Source: Candidatus Poribacteria bacterium (GTDB taxonomy: Bacteria; Poribacteria; WGA-4E; GCA-2687025). From it: a stretch of DNA of 64,000 nucleotides. The stretch's first letter is position 1. Each line of letters opens with the position of its first letter. Shown here piece after piece: positions 39,626 to 49,494 of this stretch. The DNA is taken from assembly GCA_963665845.2 (NCBI GenBank), contig OY762492.1:1600001-1664000 (forward strand), written 5' to 3'. The position numbers and the translations under genes are program-made. Below the pieces are notes generated by a model. That model worked only from the letters and a program-made list of their open reading frames with translations, was not told the DNA's origin and did no database searches.

Positions 39626-40852
39626 TCATCCCTCGGCTCTGCAGATTGGCGCCGTCGCTGGGATCATGGCGGGCAGCAGGTTATGCAGCGCATGCGAAAG
39701 CGCCGTCACCCAGAACGCTGTCCAGAACGATTCGGGCAGCCAGAAGGCGTAGCTGAAGGCGAAGTAGTACCCGCCCGGTATGCCTGCCACGATGCCGTTC
39801 ATGGTCGAGTTTCCGAAATGCGCCGCCGCAAACAGAAACGCCGACACAACTGCCTGCGTCCCGAAGCTGGCGTCCATCCAGCTCAATATCCCGATCGGTA
39901 CCGCCTGAAAAAACAGCGTTTCTAATATCGGCGCGCGGATGAGGTCGTCCGCTCTCGTGGTTTTGTCTTTGGCTTTGTCTCGCATCCAGTCGGCTTTCAA
40001 CGCCCGCTCAGCGACGACCACAGCAATGAAGAGCGCAAAGCACACAAGCAAGCGCTCCAGCGTGATGCGCCAGCAGAATGCCCACGGGTCATGCGCTTGA
40101 TACCGCTGGAGCCATTCAAACGCCCATGCAAACGAGTCGGAGCCTTCTAAGACCCCGACCGCCGCGATGCCCGCCGCCGCGATCATCCATGCCCATCTCT
40201 TGACCATGTATTTTGGGACGCGCAGAATCGGTTTTACCAGATGAACGCCGATGGGAATCAGCGCCTGCGAGCCGATCGTCACCGCGGCGGCGAGCCAAAA
40301 AGAGGTCTGGAACCAGAACGCAAACGCGAACCCGAAATAGAGACCGGAGACAAAACGGGAGGGCGCGTACCGCCATTCATCTTTTTTGATCGATATAAAG
40401 ACGCTCCAGTAGGCGGAGACGACCGCCTGCGTTCCCAATCCCGCTCCAAGCGAGCTGAACAGAACGACAGGCGCCGCCCGAAACAGAACCGCCCGGACGG
40501 TCGATCTGACAAGCGTTTTTTCTAAGCTGCCGATGCCGCTCGATCTTTTATTCGATTCCTTTTTGACGGAGCGGAACGCAAAAAACGCCGCGCCCGTGAG
40601 AACCGCTGCGATGAGCGACGCCGCGGCGGCTTCCAGTCCGAGGCGCCAGCAGAACGCCCACGGGTCATGTTTTTCAAACCGCTGAAGCCAGCCGACCGCC
40701 CATTCGTGTTCGTTGGCGACACGCGCGAGCCATGCAATCGATGCGGTCCCGACCGCAAGCGCCGCAAGCGCCAGCAGAAGCCTGCGAACCCACCTGCGTA
40801 TCGCTTCCATCTCTTCTTCGGAGAAAGATTCCGTCTCTTCTTGTTCGCTCAT
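39626..40852 (-). CDS. CPBP (Abi/CAAX) intramembrane protease-like protein with internal duplication
   Basis: APILE, FAAAH and HALHN in the C-terminal half; degenerate copy in the N-terminal half. Confidence 0.75.
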   Translation of the reverse strand: MSEQEETESFSEEEMEAIRRWVRRLLLALAALAVGTASIAWLARVANEHEWAVGWLQRFEKHDPWAFCWRLGLEAAAASLIAAVLTGAAFFAFRSVKKESNKRSSGIGSLEKTLVRSTVRAVLFRAAPVVLFSSLGAGLGTQAVVSAYWSVFISIKKDEWRYAPSRFVSGLYFGFAFAFWFQTSFWLAAAVTIGSQALIPIGVHLVKPILRVPKYMVKRWAWMIAAAGIAAVGVLEGSDSFAWAFEWLQRYQAHDPWAFCWRITLERLLVCFALFIAVVVAERALKADWMRDKAKDKTTRADDLIRAPILETLFFQAVPIGILSWMDASFGTQAVVSAFLFAAAHFGNSTMNGIVAGIPGGYYFAFSYAFWLPESFWTAFWVTALSHALHNLLPAMIPATAPICRAEG

Positions 40853-40958
40853 CTGCCGTTTTCTGCTGTTGTTTGAGTCGGCTGCTCATTATTCCGGGCG
40901 AGGTACCAAAACCCCCCCTTTTCAAGGGGGAGTCTAGAAACCCGCGCCCTACCCGCCG

Positions 40959-42062
40959 TCACCAGTCAGCGACGGAGCCGTCCTCCTCCAGATACGCCCG
41001 CGGATTTTTCCAGTCATGATCAATCTTGTCCGCCAGCGCCTCTTCGTCCAGTTCAACGCCCAGCCCCGGCGCGGTCGGCAGCTCCACATACCCGTCCTTG
41101 AAAACGAACGGCGTTTTCAGGTATCCTTCGCCCAGCGTCGTATGCTCCTGCATGACAAAGTTCGGTATGCTCGCGTCCAGCTGAATGCATGCCGCCAGCG
41201 AAATCGGCCCGAGCGGGTTGTGCGGCGCGACGCCGGCATAATACGCCTCGCCCATTCCCGCAATGAGCCGCGTTTCTAAAATGCCCCCCGCGTGGCACAG
41301 GTCGGGCTGAAGAATCGATGCGGCGCCCTTCTCCAGGATCTCCCGAAAACCCCACTTTGTGAAGATGCGCTCGCCCGTCGCAATCGGCAGATGCGTCCCC
41401 CGCGCAATCTCCGCCATCGCGTCCACATTCTGGCACTGAACAGGCTCCTCAATAAACATCGGCTGATACGGCTCCAGCGCCTTGATGAGCAGCTTCGCCG
41501 TCTGCGGACTGATCGCGCCATGGAAGTCGATGGCAAGGTCAATGTCGGGACCCGCCGCTTCGCGCAGGGCGGCGAAGTTGTCGGCGGCGGTGTCGATAAA
41601 ACGCTTATTCTCAACGATGCGCGCGTTCCGTCCGCCCTGAACGCCCACCTTGAACGCGGTGAACCCTTTGGCGATCCAGTCCTGTATCGTGTCGGGGCTG
41701 GCGCCGCCCTTGTATAGACGTATGCGGTCGCGCGTCGGGCCGCCGAGAAGCTGATAGACGGGGACGCCGAGCGCCTTGCCGGCAATGTCCCACATCGCCT
41801 GCTCAACGCCGCTGAGCGCGCTGGTCAAAATGGGACCGCCGCGGTAAAAGGCATGCCGATAAACCGCCTGCCAGTGGTGCGCGACGCGGCGCGGGTCTTG
41901 CCCGATGAGGTAATCTTCCATTTCGGCGACCGCCTGGGCGCACGTCTTGGCGCGCCCTTCCAGTATCGGTTCGCCGAGTCCGACCAGCCCCTCGTCCGTG
42001 TGCATCTTCAGAAAAAGCCAGCGCGGTTTGACAAGGATCGTCTCCAGCTTGGTGATTTTCAT
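40959..42062 (-). CDS. dgoD: Galactonate dehydratase
   Basis: PRWLFLK, GEPILEGRA, FYRGGPILTSALSG, DFHG, APHNPLGP. Confidence 0.9.
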   Translation of the reverse strand: MKITKLETILVKPRWLFLKMHTDEGLVGLGEPILEGRAKTCAQAVAEMEDYLIGQDPRRVAHHWQAVYRHAFYRGGPILTSALSGVEQAMWDIAGKALGVPVYQLLGGPTRDRIRLYKGGASPDTIQDWIAKGFTAFKVGVQGGRNARIVENKRFIDTAADNFAALREAAGPDIDLAIDFHGAISPQTAKLLIKALEPYQPMFIEEPVQCQNVDAMAEIARGTHLPIATGERIFTKWGFREILEKGAASILQPDLCHAGGILETRLIAGMGEAYYAGVAPHNPLGPISLAACIQLDASIPNFVMQEHTTLGEGYLKTPFVFKDGYVELPTAPGLGVELDEEALADKIDHDWKNPRAYLEEDGSVADW

Positions 42063-43192
42063 CAGTCGATCTCCCAATCCTCCAGCCCTGAAGGCAAAGC
42101 CGCCGGCTGCGGACAGGTCGACTCCAGAACGACATGCCGCCCCTCGCTGGACGATGTATGCAGCGCGTGGATGATCTCAACGACATGCCGCCCCATTTCG
42201 CCGCTGGCGCGGTGCGGACGCCCTGCGCGTATCGCGGAACACATGTCGGCGGCGCCGACGCCTCGGCTGTTGCCGTTGTAGCCGAAGGTCGAGTCGATGT
42301 CGGTCGTTTCGCCGTTCGCTTTTTTGAGGCGAAGCCTGCCGCCAAAGTTGTTCGGGTCGATGCAGCGGAGGGAGCCGTCGCTGCCGTAGATCTCCACATG
42401 CGGAAGCCCGAGTCCGATCACATCGGAGGTGATATGGAACGAAGCGGCGGCGCCGTTCGCAAAGTCGATGACGCCGGTAAAATGCGTCGGCGTGTTGCAT
42501 TCAAACTTGCGCCCGCCGCGGTCGCGTTCGGGCCATGGATTCGTCGCGGAGGCGGCGACGCGCTTGGCGGGTCCCATCAGGTGGATGACAGCGTTCAGAT
42601 AGTAGGGTCCGCGGTCGAACGACCATGTGACGCCGTACTCAAAAAAGTCGGTGGTGTAGAAGTTTTCGTAATGGTCGGGCGCTTCGGCGCCGGGTTCATC
42701 TCCCTTTCTCCAGGGTCCGCCCATGCGCGCTTGGAGGCAGATGAACGCCCCGATCGGCTCTCCGACAGCGCCGTCGTCGATGAGCGAGCGCGCCGTTTGC
42801 CAGGCGCCGCCGAAGAAGGTGTCCGGCGCGGCGCCCGCCCGCAGCCCCTTTTCAGCCGCCAGCTCTACCATGCGGTTCGCGTCGGTCAGCTCCACCGCAA
42901 ACGGCTTCTCAATATACACGTTCTTGCCCGCCTCCAGAACCGAAATGCCGACCTCGCCATGCCACTTGTGCGGCGTCAACACGATGACCGTCTCGATGTC
43001 AGGATCCGCCAGCAGCTGGTCGGGCAGACACGCTTTCGGTATGTTGAACTCCTTGGCGCGCGCCTCCGCCGCTTCAAGGCGCAGATCGGCGACGGCGGTC
43101 ACGTCAAACGCTTTGAACCGCTGCGCATGGTTCAGGTAGGCTCCGCTGATGCGTCCGCATCCGATGATTCCGACATTCGCTGTATCAGGCAT
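42062..43192 (-). CDS. Gfo/Idh/MocA oxidoreductase
   Basis: GIIGCGRIS, EKP, APDTF, GPYY. Confidence 0.9.
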   Translation of the reverse strand: MPDTANVGIIGCGRISGAYLNHAQRFKAFDVTAVADLRLEAAEARAKEFNIPKACLPDQLLADPDIETVIVLTPHKWHGEVGISVLEAGKNVYIEKPFAVELTDANRMVELAAEKGLRAGAAPDTFFGGAWQTARSLIDDGAVGEPIGAFICLQARMGGPWRKGDEPGAEAPDHYENFYTTDFFEYGVTWSFDRGPYYLNAVIHLMGPAKRVAASATNPWPERDRGGRKFECNTPTHFTGVIDFANGAAASFHITSDVIGLGLPHVEIYGSDGSLRCIDPNNFGGRLRLKKANGETTDIDSTFGYNGNSRGVGAADMCSAIRAGRPHRASGEMGRHVVEIIHALHTSSSEGRHVVLESTCPQPAALPSGLEDWEID

Positions 43193-43288
43193 AGATCGCT
43201 CCAGTCGCTGTTTTGTTTAAAACCGCTCCGTCCACGCCGCCTAGTGTATCATGGATTGAACGGAAACGATTCGGACAGCGCCAACCTA

Positions 43289-43548
43289 CAGTACGCTCAT
43301 ACAGAGATATTCGCGGCGCCGCGTCCGATTCCCCCCTTGAAAAGGGGGGCTAGGGGGGTTTTCTAGGCGTGGGCGGCGCGTCCGATTCCCCCCTTGAAAA
43401 GGGAGGCTAGGGGGGTTTTCTAGGCGTGGGCGGCGCGTCCGATTCCCCCCTTGAAAAGGAGGCTAGGGGGGTTTAAGGCGTGGGCGGCGCCTCTGGATTC
43501 CCGCTTGCGCGGGAATGACGGCGGGTTGCGCGAACGCTTAGGGTCATA
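43289..43548. repeat. Family-E-type composite with three tandem ~57-bp family-B units and one A palindrome
   Basis: CAGTACGCTCA start; (GCGTCCGATTCCCCCCTTGAAAAGG..GGCTAGGGGG) x3. Confidence 0.85.
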
Positions 43549-43588
43549 GCGGCTTCCCGCGCGTCATTTTCCCGCATCATTCCCCGTA

Positions 43589-44272
43589 TCAAGGGACAAG
43601 CGGGAACGATCCGTCAGGCGAGACGAGCAGCCGCGCGTCATAGGCGGCTTCGGCGTATCTTGCGGCTCTCTTTCCGCGCGTCCGATCCGCTTCTTTAGAT
43701 CCAGAGCGGCCGCGGTAGATTCCCTTTCCTGCCTCGGTCGCTTCTACCGCCGCTTCAAACGCCGCCCATTCCGCCGGCGCCGCCTGTTTCAGCGCGTCAA
43801 TCGTCTCTTTATACCTTCGCCGCGCCTTCTCCGCCGCGTCCACTAGGTCCGGCGCCTGCGCCTGAACCATCAGCGCCTTTGCCAACTTGATGTACCGCTC
43901 CCTCCCCTCATGGTACCATTCCGCCGCTCTGCCGATCGCCGCGTCCAGCGCCGCCTGCTCCGCCCGTTTCGCGTCCCCGACCAGCTTTTTCACTTCGGCG
44001 TCGTATTTTGCCTTGTGCTTTATATAGTTCTCCCATGTATGGCGGTACATCGTCCACCCGTCTATATAACCAAGATAGGTCGCTCTCCATATCACCGTAT
44101 TCTGCGCCAGTTCATACGAGAACCATTCCGCCGGCGCCGCCTCTTCAAGCGACCTCTGCGCCGTCTTGTATGTTCTCCAATACCCGCCAACGCAGCCCGA
44201 CAGCAGAACCGCCGCGGCTGTCAAGAGCGCCGCCATGACGCCGTATGTTGTCCGCCGTTTTGGTCGATTCAT
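43589..44272 (-). CDS. Hypothetical alpha-helical lipoprotein
   Basis: Lipobox LLSGC; repeated AAPAEW motif. Confidence 0.65.
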   Translation of the reverse strand: MNRPKRRTTYGVMAALLTAAAVLLSGCVGGYWRTYKTAQRSLEEAAPAEWFSYELAQNTVIWRATYLGYIDGWTMYRHTWENYIKHKAKYDAEVKKLVGDAKRAEQAALDAAIGRAAEWYHEGRERYIKLAKALMVQAQAPDLVDAAEKARRRYKETIDALKQAAPAEWAAFEAAVEATEAGKGIYRGRSGSKEADRTRGKRAARYAEAAYDARLLVSPDGSFPLVP

Positions 44273-44376
44273 GCGCTTCTCCTCGTTTCGCAGTTCGCAA
44301 TACGCCCGCGCTATGATCATAACATCGACATGACAGCGTTAGCGAATCAGCCGCCGCGCCCTTCCTTTAAACCCCC

Positions 44377-45114
44377 CTAGCCCCCCTTTTCAAGCGGGGA
44401 ATCGGACGCGCCGCGGACGACGCGCGCCGCGCCCCAGCGTTGGAGCGGTTCGTCGCCGTTTGCGTCATGGTAGGTCGGTATCCAGACCCACCGGTCCTGT
44501 TTGACCGCGTTCGGATGGCTTGCGTGAAGCGTCAGATCATGAAAAAAGACGGCGCCGCCCGCCTCGATTTCAGCCGTGACCGCGTCCGTTTCGTCAACGC
44601 TTTTCGGGTCAAGCCGATGCCCAAAACCGTGTCCGTCGCTCGCGTCGCCGTCATGCGTCAGATGCAGCTTGTGGGAGCCTGGGAGCAGTTTGAGGCAGCC
44701 GTTCTCGATGGTCGCGTCGTCTAGGGCGACCCAGATGGAGATTTTGTGGTCATTCCCCCAGTAGCTCCAGTCTTGGTGCCATGGGCTGTCGAAGGTCGTA
44801 TCTTCGTTTTTGAAACAGACCTTGTCGCTCAAAAAACGTATATCGGCGCCGAGCAGCGTTTCCAGCGCGTCCAGCAGTCTCGGATCGGCGACCGCTTGAT
44901 GAAACAGCTTGCTGCGCTGCACAAGTCCGACGCAGACGCCGGCGGGGAAAAGCGTTTTCGGGTCGCGCCCCTGCGCCTCCGCCTCGGCGGCGACCTGCTG
45001 GACAATGCGCTTGCATTCGGTTTTGAGCCTGTCCGTTTCGTCTCGGTTGAAAAGATGCGGGATGACAGCGAATCCGTCCCGCTGAAAGTTGTCGGCAAAT
45101 GCGCGGAGGTTCAT
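44377..45114 (-). CDS. Phytanoyl-CoA dioxygenase (PhyH) family protein
   Basis: WHQD, WVALDDATIENGCL..LPGSH, LHAS.PN...R. Confidence 0.92.
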   Translation of the reverse strand: MNLRAFADNFQRDGFAVIPHLFNRDETDRLKTECKRIVQQVAAEAEAQGRDPKTLFPAGVCVGLVQRSKLFHQAVADPRLLDALETLLGADIRFLSDKVCFKNEDTTFDSPWHQDWSYWGNDHKISIWVALDDATIENGCLKLLPGSHKLHLTHDGDASDGHGFGHRLDPKSVDETDAVTAEIEAGGAVFFHDLTLHASHPNAVKQDRWVWIPTYHDANGDEPLQRWGAARVVRGASDSPLEKGG

Positions 45115-45413
45115 GGTTTTGTCCTAAAGCCTGTGCGGGCATTGTATGCGCTTTTTCGTTTTAAGGCAAACGCCTGCATCCGAGGCGGTCTCTCTATAGG
45201 CGGCGACGCATGCATTCTGGGCGCGGCTAAAACCCCCCTAGCCCCCCTTTTCAAGGGGGAATCGGACGCGGCGCCGCAGACGACGTTCGCGTTCGCCAAG
45301 CGGCATGTCCCAACTAAAGACACAAGGTCAGTACTGCCGCTTGCCCCGCCCCGCGGTATGCGGTAACGTGTCCGCGCTGCATGTTTAGCCGCAGATTCAG
45401 ATGGGAGAACGGC

Positions 45414-46052
45414 ATGAAGGTACTTGCGTTATTCGGCGTCGATCAAGGTTTTCAGCACACATCGGACAGCATCAAGGAGCTGCTGTCGAACGCGGACGGG
45501 TTGAATGTTGAAGCGGCGGAGGGGCTTGATTCGCTCAACTCGCCGCTCGCGGATGTGGACCTGGTTGTCTTCAGCATCGGCTTCGCCCGCATTGAACAGA
45601 CAGACAGCGGACGCCGCTGGGTTCCGTCGCTGACGGCTAAACAGGAGGAGCGGCTCTTTGCGTATGTGCGCGGCGGCGGAGGGCTTGCCGCCATACACGG
45701 CGCGGCATGGAACATCGCTGGGCGGTATATGGACCTTCTCGGAGGCGCCGCCAACTGGCATCCCCCTGGCTTGACCTTCACCGTCAACATTGCCGACTCT
45801 GACCATCCGGCGCTGGACGGCGTCAACGACTTTGAGGTGGACGATGAAATTTACATGACCGCATGCGACCCCGCCGTAGAAACGCTTGCGACAGCGCGCT
45901 GGGAAAACCGAAACCATCCGGTCGCCTGGGCAAAAACATACGGCGATGGGCGCGTCTTTTACACGGCTCTCGGACATGGTCCCTCCACCTTTGAAAAGCC
46001 CGACATGCAGAAAATGCTGACGCAGGGCTTGCGCTGGGCGGGCGGAGCCTAA
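45414..46052 (+). CDS. ThuA-like domain protein
   Basis: GGGLAAIH, WHP, DEIY, GRVFYTALGH. Confidence 0.88.
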   Translation: MKVLALFGVDQGFQHTSDSIKELLSNADGLNVEAAEGLDSLNSPLADVDLVVFSIGFARIEQTDSGRRWVPSLTAKQEERLFAYVRGGGGLAAIHGAAWNIAGRYMDLLGGAANWHPPGLTFTVNIADSDHPALDGVNDFEVDDEIYMTACDPAVETLATARWENRNHPVAWAKTYGDGRVFYTALGHGPSTFEKPDMQKMLTQGLRWAGGA

Positions 46053-46055
46053 ACG

Positions 46056-46886
46056 ATGCCTGATTTGCCGCGCGTCAACATCGGCGGGCTGTCGGTCAGC
46101 AAACTGATCATCGGCGACAACCCGATGTACGGATATTCCCATTTCAACCAGCTGCTCTCCAGCCATTATGTGGAGTGGCACACGCCCGACCGCGTCATAG
46201 AAGCGCTGCGCCGGGCGGAGCAGGTCGGGATCAACGCCTGGCAAAACTCGCTTACGAACCGCTCCGTATCGGACGCGCAGCGGTATTTAAAAGAGGGCGG
46301 TTCCGTCCACTGGTTCGCGTTGAGCTGGTCGGGCGAATGGTACGACGACCCGTCCAAAACAGCGCGGGACGCCCAGCACGGACCCGCCGCGATGGCGCCC
46401 CACGGCGGCGGAGTCGGCGACCGCTGTTTTCGAGAAGGCAAGCTGGACCTGCTGAAGGACATTCTGAAACGGGTACGGGACGCGGGAACGCTGGTCGGCT
46501 TGTCGGCGCATGACCCGCGCCTCGTCGAGACGGCGGAGGAAGAGGGCTGGGATGTGGACTACTACATGACGGCTCTTTACCATCTCAGCGCCGCCCGAAG
46601 AGAGTTCGTTCAGAAGTTTGGGCATGAGCCGATGGGCGAAATCTACCTGCGCGGGCATCGAGACCGCATGCTAGATGTTGTCAAAAGCGTTTCCAAGCCG
46701 TGCATCGTGTATAAGGTTTTGGCGGCGGGTCGGGCGATTCAATCCAAAGAACGCATACGCAGCGAATTCGCCTATGCGCTGGAACGCATGAAGACGAACG
46801 ACGCGCTGCTGGTCGGGATGTACCAAAAATACGGCGATCAGATTGGGGAGAACGCCGCGCTGGTCGCCGAGCTGTGCGCCGAATAG
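46056..46886 (+). CDS. Aldo/keto reductase-like hypothetical protein
   Basis: VSKLIIGDNP..GYSH, GLSAH, YKVLAAGR. Confidence 0.65.
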   Translation: MPDLPRVNIGGLSVSKLIIGDNPMYGYSHFNQLLSSHYVEWHTPDRVIEALRRAEQVGINAWQNSLTNRSVSDAQRYLKEGGSVHWFALSWSGEWYDDPSKTARDAQHGPAAMAPHGGGVGDRCFREGKLDLLKDILKRVRDAGTLVGLSAHDPRLVETAEEEGWDVDYYMTALYHLSAARREFVQKFGHEPMGEIYLRGHRDRMLDVVKSVSKPCIVYKVLAAGRAIQSKERIRSEFAYALERMKTNDALLVGMYQKYGDQIGENAALVAELCAE

Positions 46887-46947
46887 ATGCCGAGCGGAAC
46901 ATCGTATGGTATGCTGAACGCGCTTCGATAAATTGCAAGCCAGGAGT

Positions 46948-47850
46948 ATGCAGATGGAGAAGTCAGACTATCGGGTTGGTTTTGTGGGCGTCGGGCGCAT
47001 GGGCGGAAACATGGCGATGCGCCTCAACGATGTCGGGTATGCCGTGACGGCCGTCTACGACGCGGACGAGGCGCGTACCAAATCGGTCGCGTCGAAGGTC
47101 GAATGCGAGGCGGCTTCGTCGCCGGCGGCGGTCGCGGAGCTGTCCAACACGGTCGTCACCGTTGTGACGGACGACGCGGCGATGCGCGCCGTCTACGCCG
47201 AAGAGTCGCCCGCCAGCCTGCTTCAGCATGCGGACGGGCGCGTGTTCATCAACTGCGCCACCCTGTCGCCGCAGATCCATCTGGACGTTGAGCGCCTCGT
47301 GGAGGCGCGCGGCGGCATGAGCGTCGAAGGATGCATGGCGAGCAGCATCACCCAAGCGCGCGAAGGGACGTTGTATTTAATGTGCGGCGGAAAGACGGAG
47401 GCGTTTGAGCGCGTCAAGCCGCTGCTGAACGACTTGAGCGTCAACCTGCGGCATGTCGGCGAAACGGGGCGCGCCGCCCAGGTCAAAGCGCTGGTCAACA
47501 TGGTCATGAACATCAACACGGCGGGGCTGGCGGAAGGTCTCGGCCTCGGCGACGCGCTCGGCTTGGATTTGACGATGCTTCAGGAGATCTTTTCGCAGAC
47601 AGGCGCCAATTCGCGCGTTCTGGAGACGGACGGGGAGGATATGCAGCATCGAGATCATGAATGTTATTTTTCTGCAGCGCATGCCGCCAAAGATTCCGGC
47701 ATTGCGCTGACGCTGGCGGACGAAGAAGGGCTGAACCTTCCGCTGGCGCGCGCGACCTACGATCAGTTTAAGAAGATGACCGACATCGGAAAAGGCGAAC
47801 TGGACAAGTCGGGCGTCGCGGAATTGACCTTCAAAGGTCGAAACAAATAG
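46948..47850 (+). CDS. NAD(P)-dependent beta-hydroxyacid dehydrogenase family protein
   Basis: GFVGVGRMG, KALVN, KD motifs. Confidence 0.88.
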   Translation: MQMEKSDYRVGFVGVGRMGGNMAMRLNDVGYAVTAVYDADEARTKSVASKVECEAASSPAAVAELSNTVVTVVTDDAAMRAVYAEESPASLLQHADGRVFINCATLSPQIHLDVERLVEARGGMSVEGCMASSITQAREGTLYLMCGGKTEAFERVKPLLNDLSVNLRHVGETGRAAQVKALVNMVMNINTAGLAEGLGLGDALGLDLTMLQEIFSQTGANSRVLETDGEDMQHRDHECYFSAAHAAKDSGIALTLADEEGLNLPLARATYDQFKKMTDIGKGELDKSGVAELTFKGRNK

Positions 47851-48033
47851 CGGCGTCAAGTTTGAAGGAGTGAGCGGTCTCTACAGACGATGGTTTTGAT
47901 TTTAGGATGCCGTTATCGAATGCGTAAGCTGTCTGGGAGAACTCTGGATTCCCGCTTACGCGGGAATGACGGCGTCCGATATAAACAAGATTTTCACATA
48001 TTCTCGTTGTGAAGAATACCGAGGAGTGAGCGC

Positions 48034-49494
48034 GTGAACGAAGAACCGATCCAGGAAATGAACGAAGAAGAGGCGGCGGGTCCGTCCATACCGCTGAAGA
48101 CAGCGGAGATGCCGGAGCGTACGAAGTCGTTTTGGAAGCTGGCGGGTCCGGGGGCGGTGCTGGTCGGCTTGTCCATCGGCAGCGGGGAGCTGGTGCTTTG
48201 GCCGACCATCGCGGCGGAATACGGCAGCTCCATGATGTGGGCGGCGGGCTTGGGTCTGTTTGCGCAGCTCTGGGTCAATTTTGAGGTGGCGCGCTGGTCG
48301 GTCGCGACGGGAGAGAGCTCGTTTTCAGGCTTCGCGCGGGTCTGGCGCGGTTTCGGCTGGGTGTTCATCATCCTCACCGTCATGGCATGGATCGCCCCTG
48401 GCTGGGCGCAGTCGTCCGGTCTAGCGCTCAAGGCGCTCCTCGTTGGACCGGAGGGGTTCGGCTCCAACACCTTCTGGACGGCGGTAACGTTCCTGCTCGC
48501 CGCGGCGCTGCTGTTTGGACCCAAGCTGGTGTACACCGGCGTTGAACGTTCCATTGAGCTGCTGATCATCATCGTTGTGACAGGTTTGATTGCGGTCGCT
48601 TTTGCGGTCGGGACGGCGGAGCATTGGGGTCAATTAGGCAGGGGACTGGTGAACTTCGGCCATGTCGAAGAGGGTATGAAAGTCATAGATCTGTTCAGCG
48701 CCGCGGTCTTCGCCGGCGCCGGCGGCACCGCAAACCTGTTTTACGCCTTCTATCTGCGCGACAAGAAGATCGGAATGAGCGCCCGTCTGCCGAGCCTTGA
48801 GAACCCATTTCGAGGACGCCGAGAAACGGTCCCGGCGGCAGGTTTCATCTACGACGATTCAAACCCTGAAAACGGACGCCGTTTCCGCGACTGGTTTTCC
48901 TATATCCGCAAAGATCAGACGCTGTTCTTCTTCGGCTTGAACGCTCTGACGATGTGCCTCTTTATCTTTGGCTCTCTGGCAACGCTTCATCCGCGGGGAA
49001 TTGTCCCTGAATCGGGCATGCTGGTCTATCGGGAAGCGGAGATGCTTGTCCCTATCTGGGGCGAGCTGGGGCGCAAACTCTTCTTGCTTGTCGGCGTGGC
49101 GACGCTCTTTTCAACGCAGCTCGCGCTCATTGACGGCTGCGCGCGTTCCGTGTCAGACATCCTGTACTTCAATGTGCCGGCGACGCGCAAACGCAGCCTC
49201 TCATGGTGGTATATGCTCATTGCGATCGGATGGATGATCGCCGGGACGCTCATCGTCTGGATCATGGAGCAGTTAGGAACCAGCACCTTGAGCGTCTTTT
49301 TCAAGGCGGCGTTCATGGGCGGAATCGCCATGGCGGTTTATGTGCCGCTGCTGCTGTATATGAACCTCAAAAAACTGCCGAAATCGGCGCGCCCTGGACC
49401 CGTCCATACCGCCTTTACAGCGCTCGTCGGGTTGGCGTATGTCGTGTTTGCCGTCTGGTCAATTGTTGAGTGGATCATGGGCCTTGGCGGATGA
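48034..49494 (+). CDS. Nramp-related membrane transporter
   Basis: GPG....GLSIGSGE, FSTQL..IDG..R; about 11 TMs. Confidence 0.8.
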   Translation: MNEEPIQEMNEEEAAGPSIPLKTAEMPERTKSFWKLAGPGAVLVGLSIGSGELVLWPTIAAEYGSSMMWAAGLGLFAQLWVNFEVARWSVATGESSFSGFARVWRGFGWVFIILTVMAWIAPGWAQSSGLALKALLVGPEGFGSNTFWTAVTFLLAAALLFGPKLVYTGVERSIELLIIIVVTGLIAVAFAVGTAEHWGQLGRGLVNFGHVEEGMKVIDLFSAAVFAGAGGTANLFYAFYLRDKKIGMSARLPSLENPFRGRRETVPAAGFIYDDSNPENGRRFRDWFSYIRKDQTLFFFGLNALTMCLFIFGSLATLHPRGIVPESGMLVYREAEMLVPIWGELGRKLFLLVGVATLFSTQLALIDGCARSVSDILYFNVPATRKRSLSWWYMLIAIGWMIAGTLIVWIMEQLGTSTLSVFFKAAFMGGIAMAVYVPLLLYMNLKKLPKSARPGPVHTAFTALVGLAYVVFAVWSIVEWIMGLGG

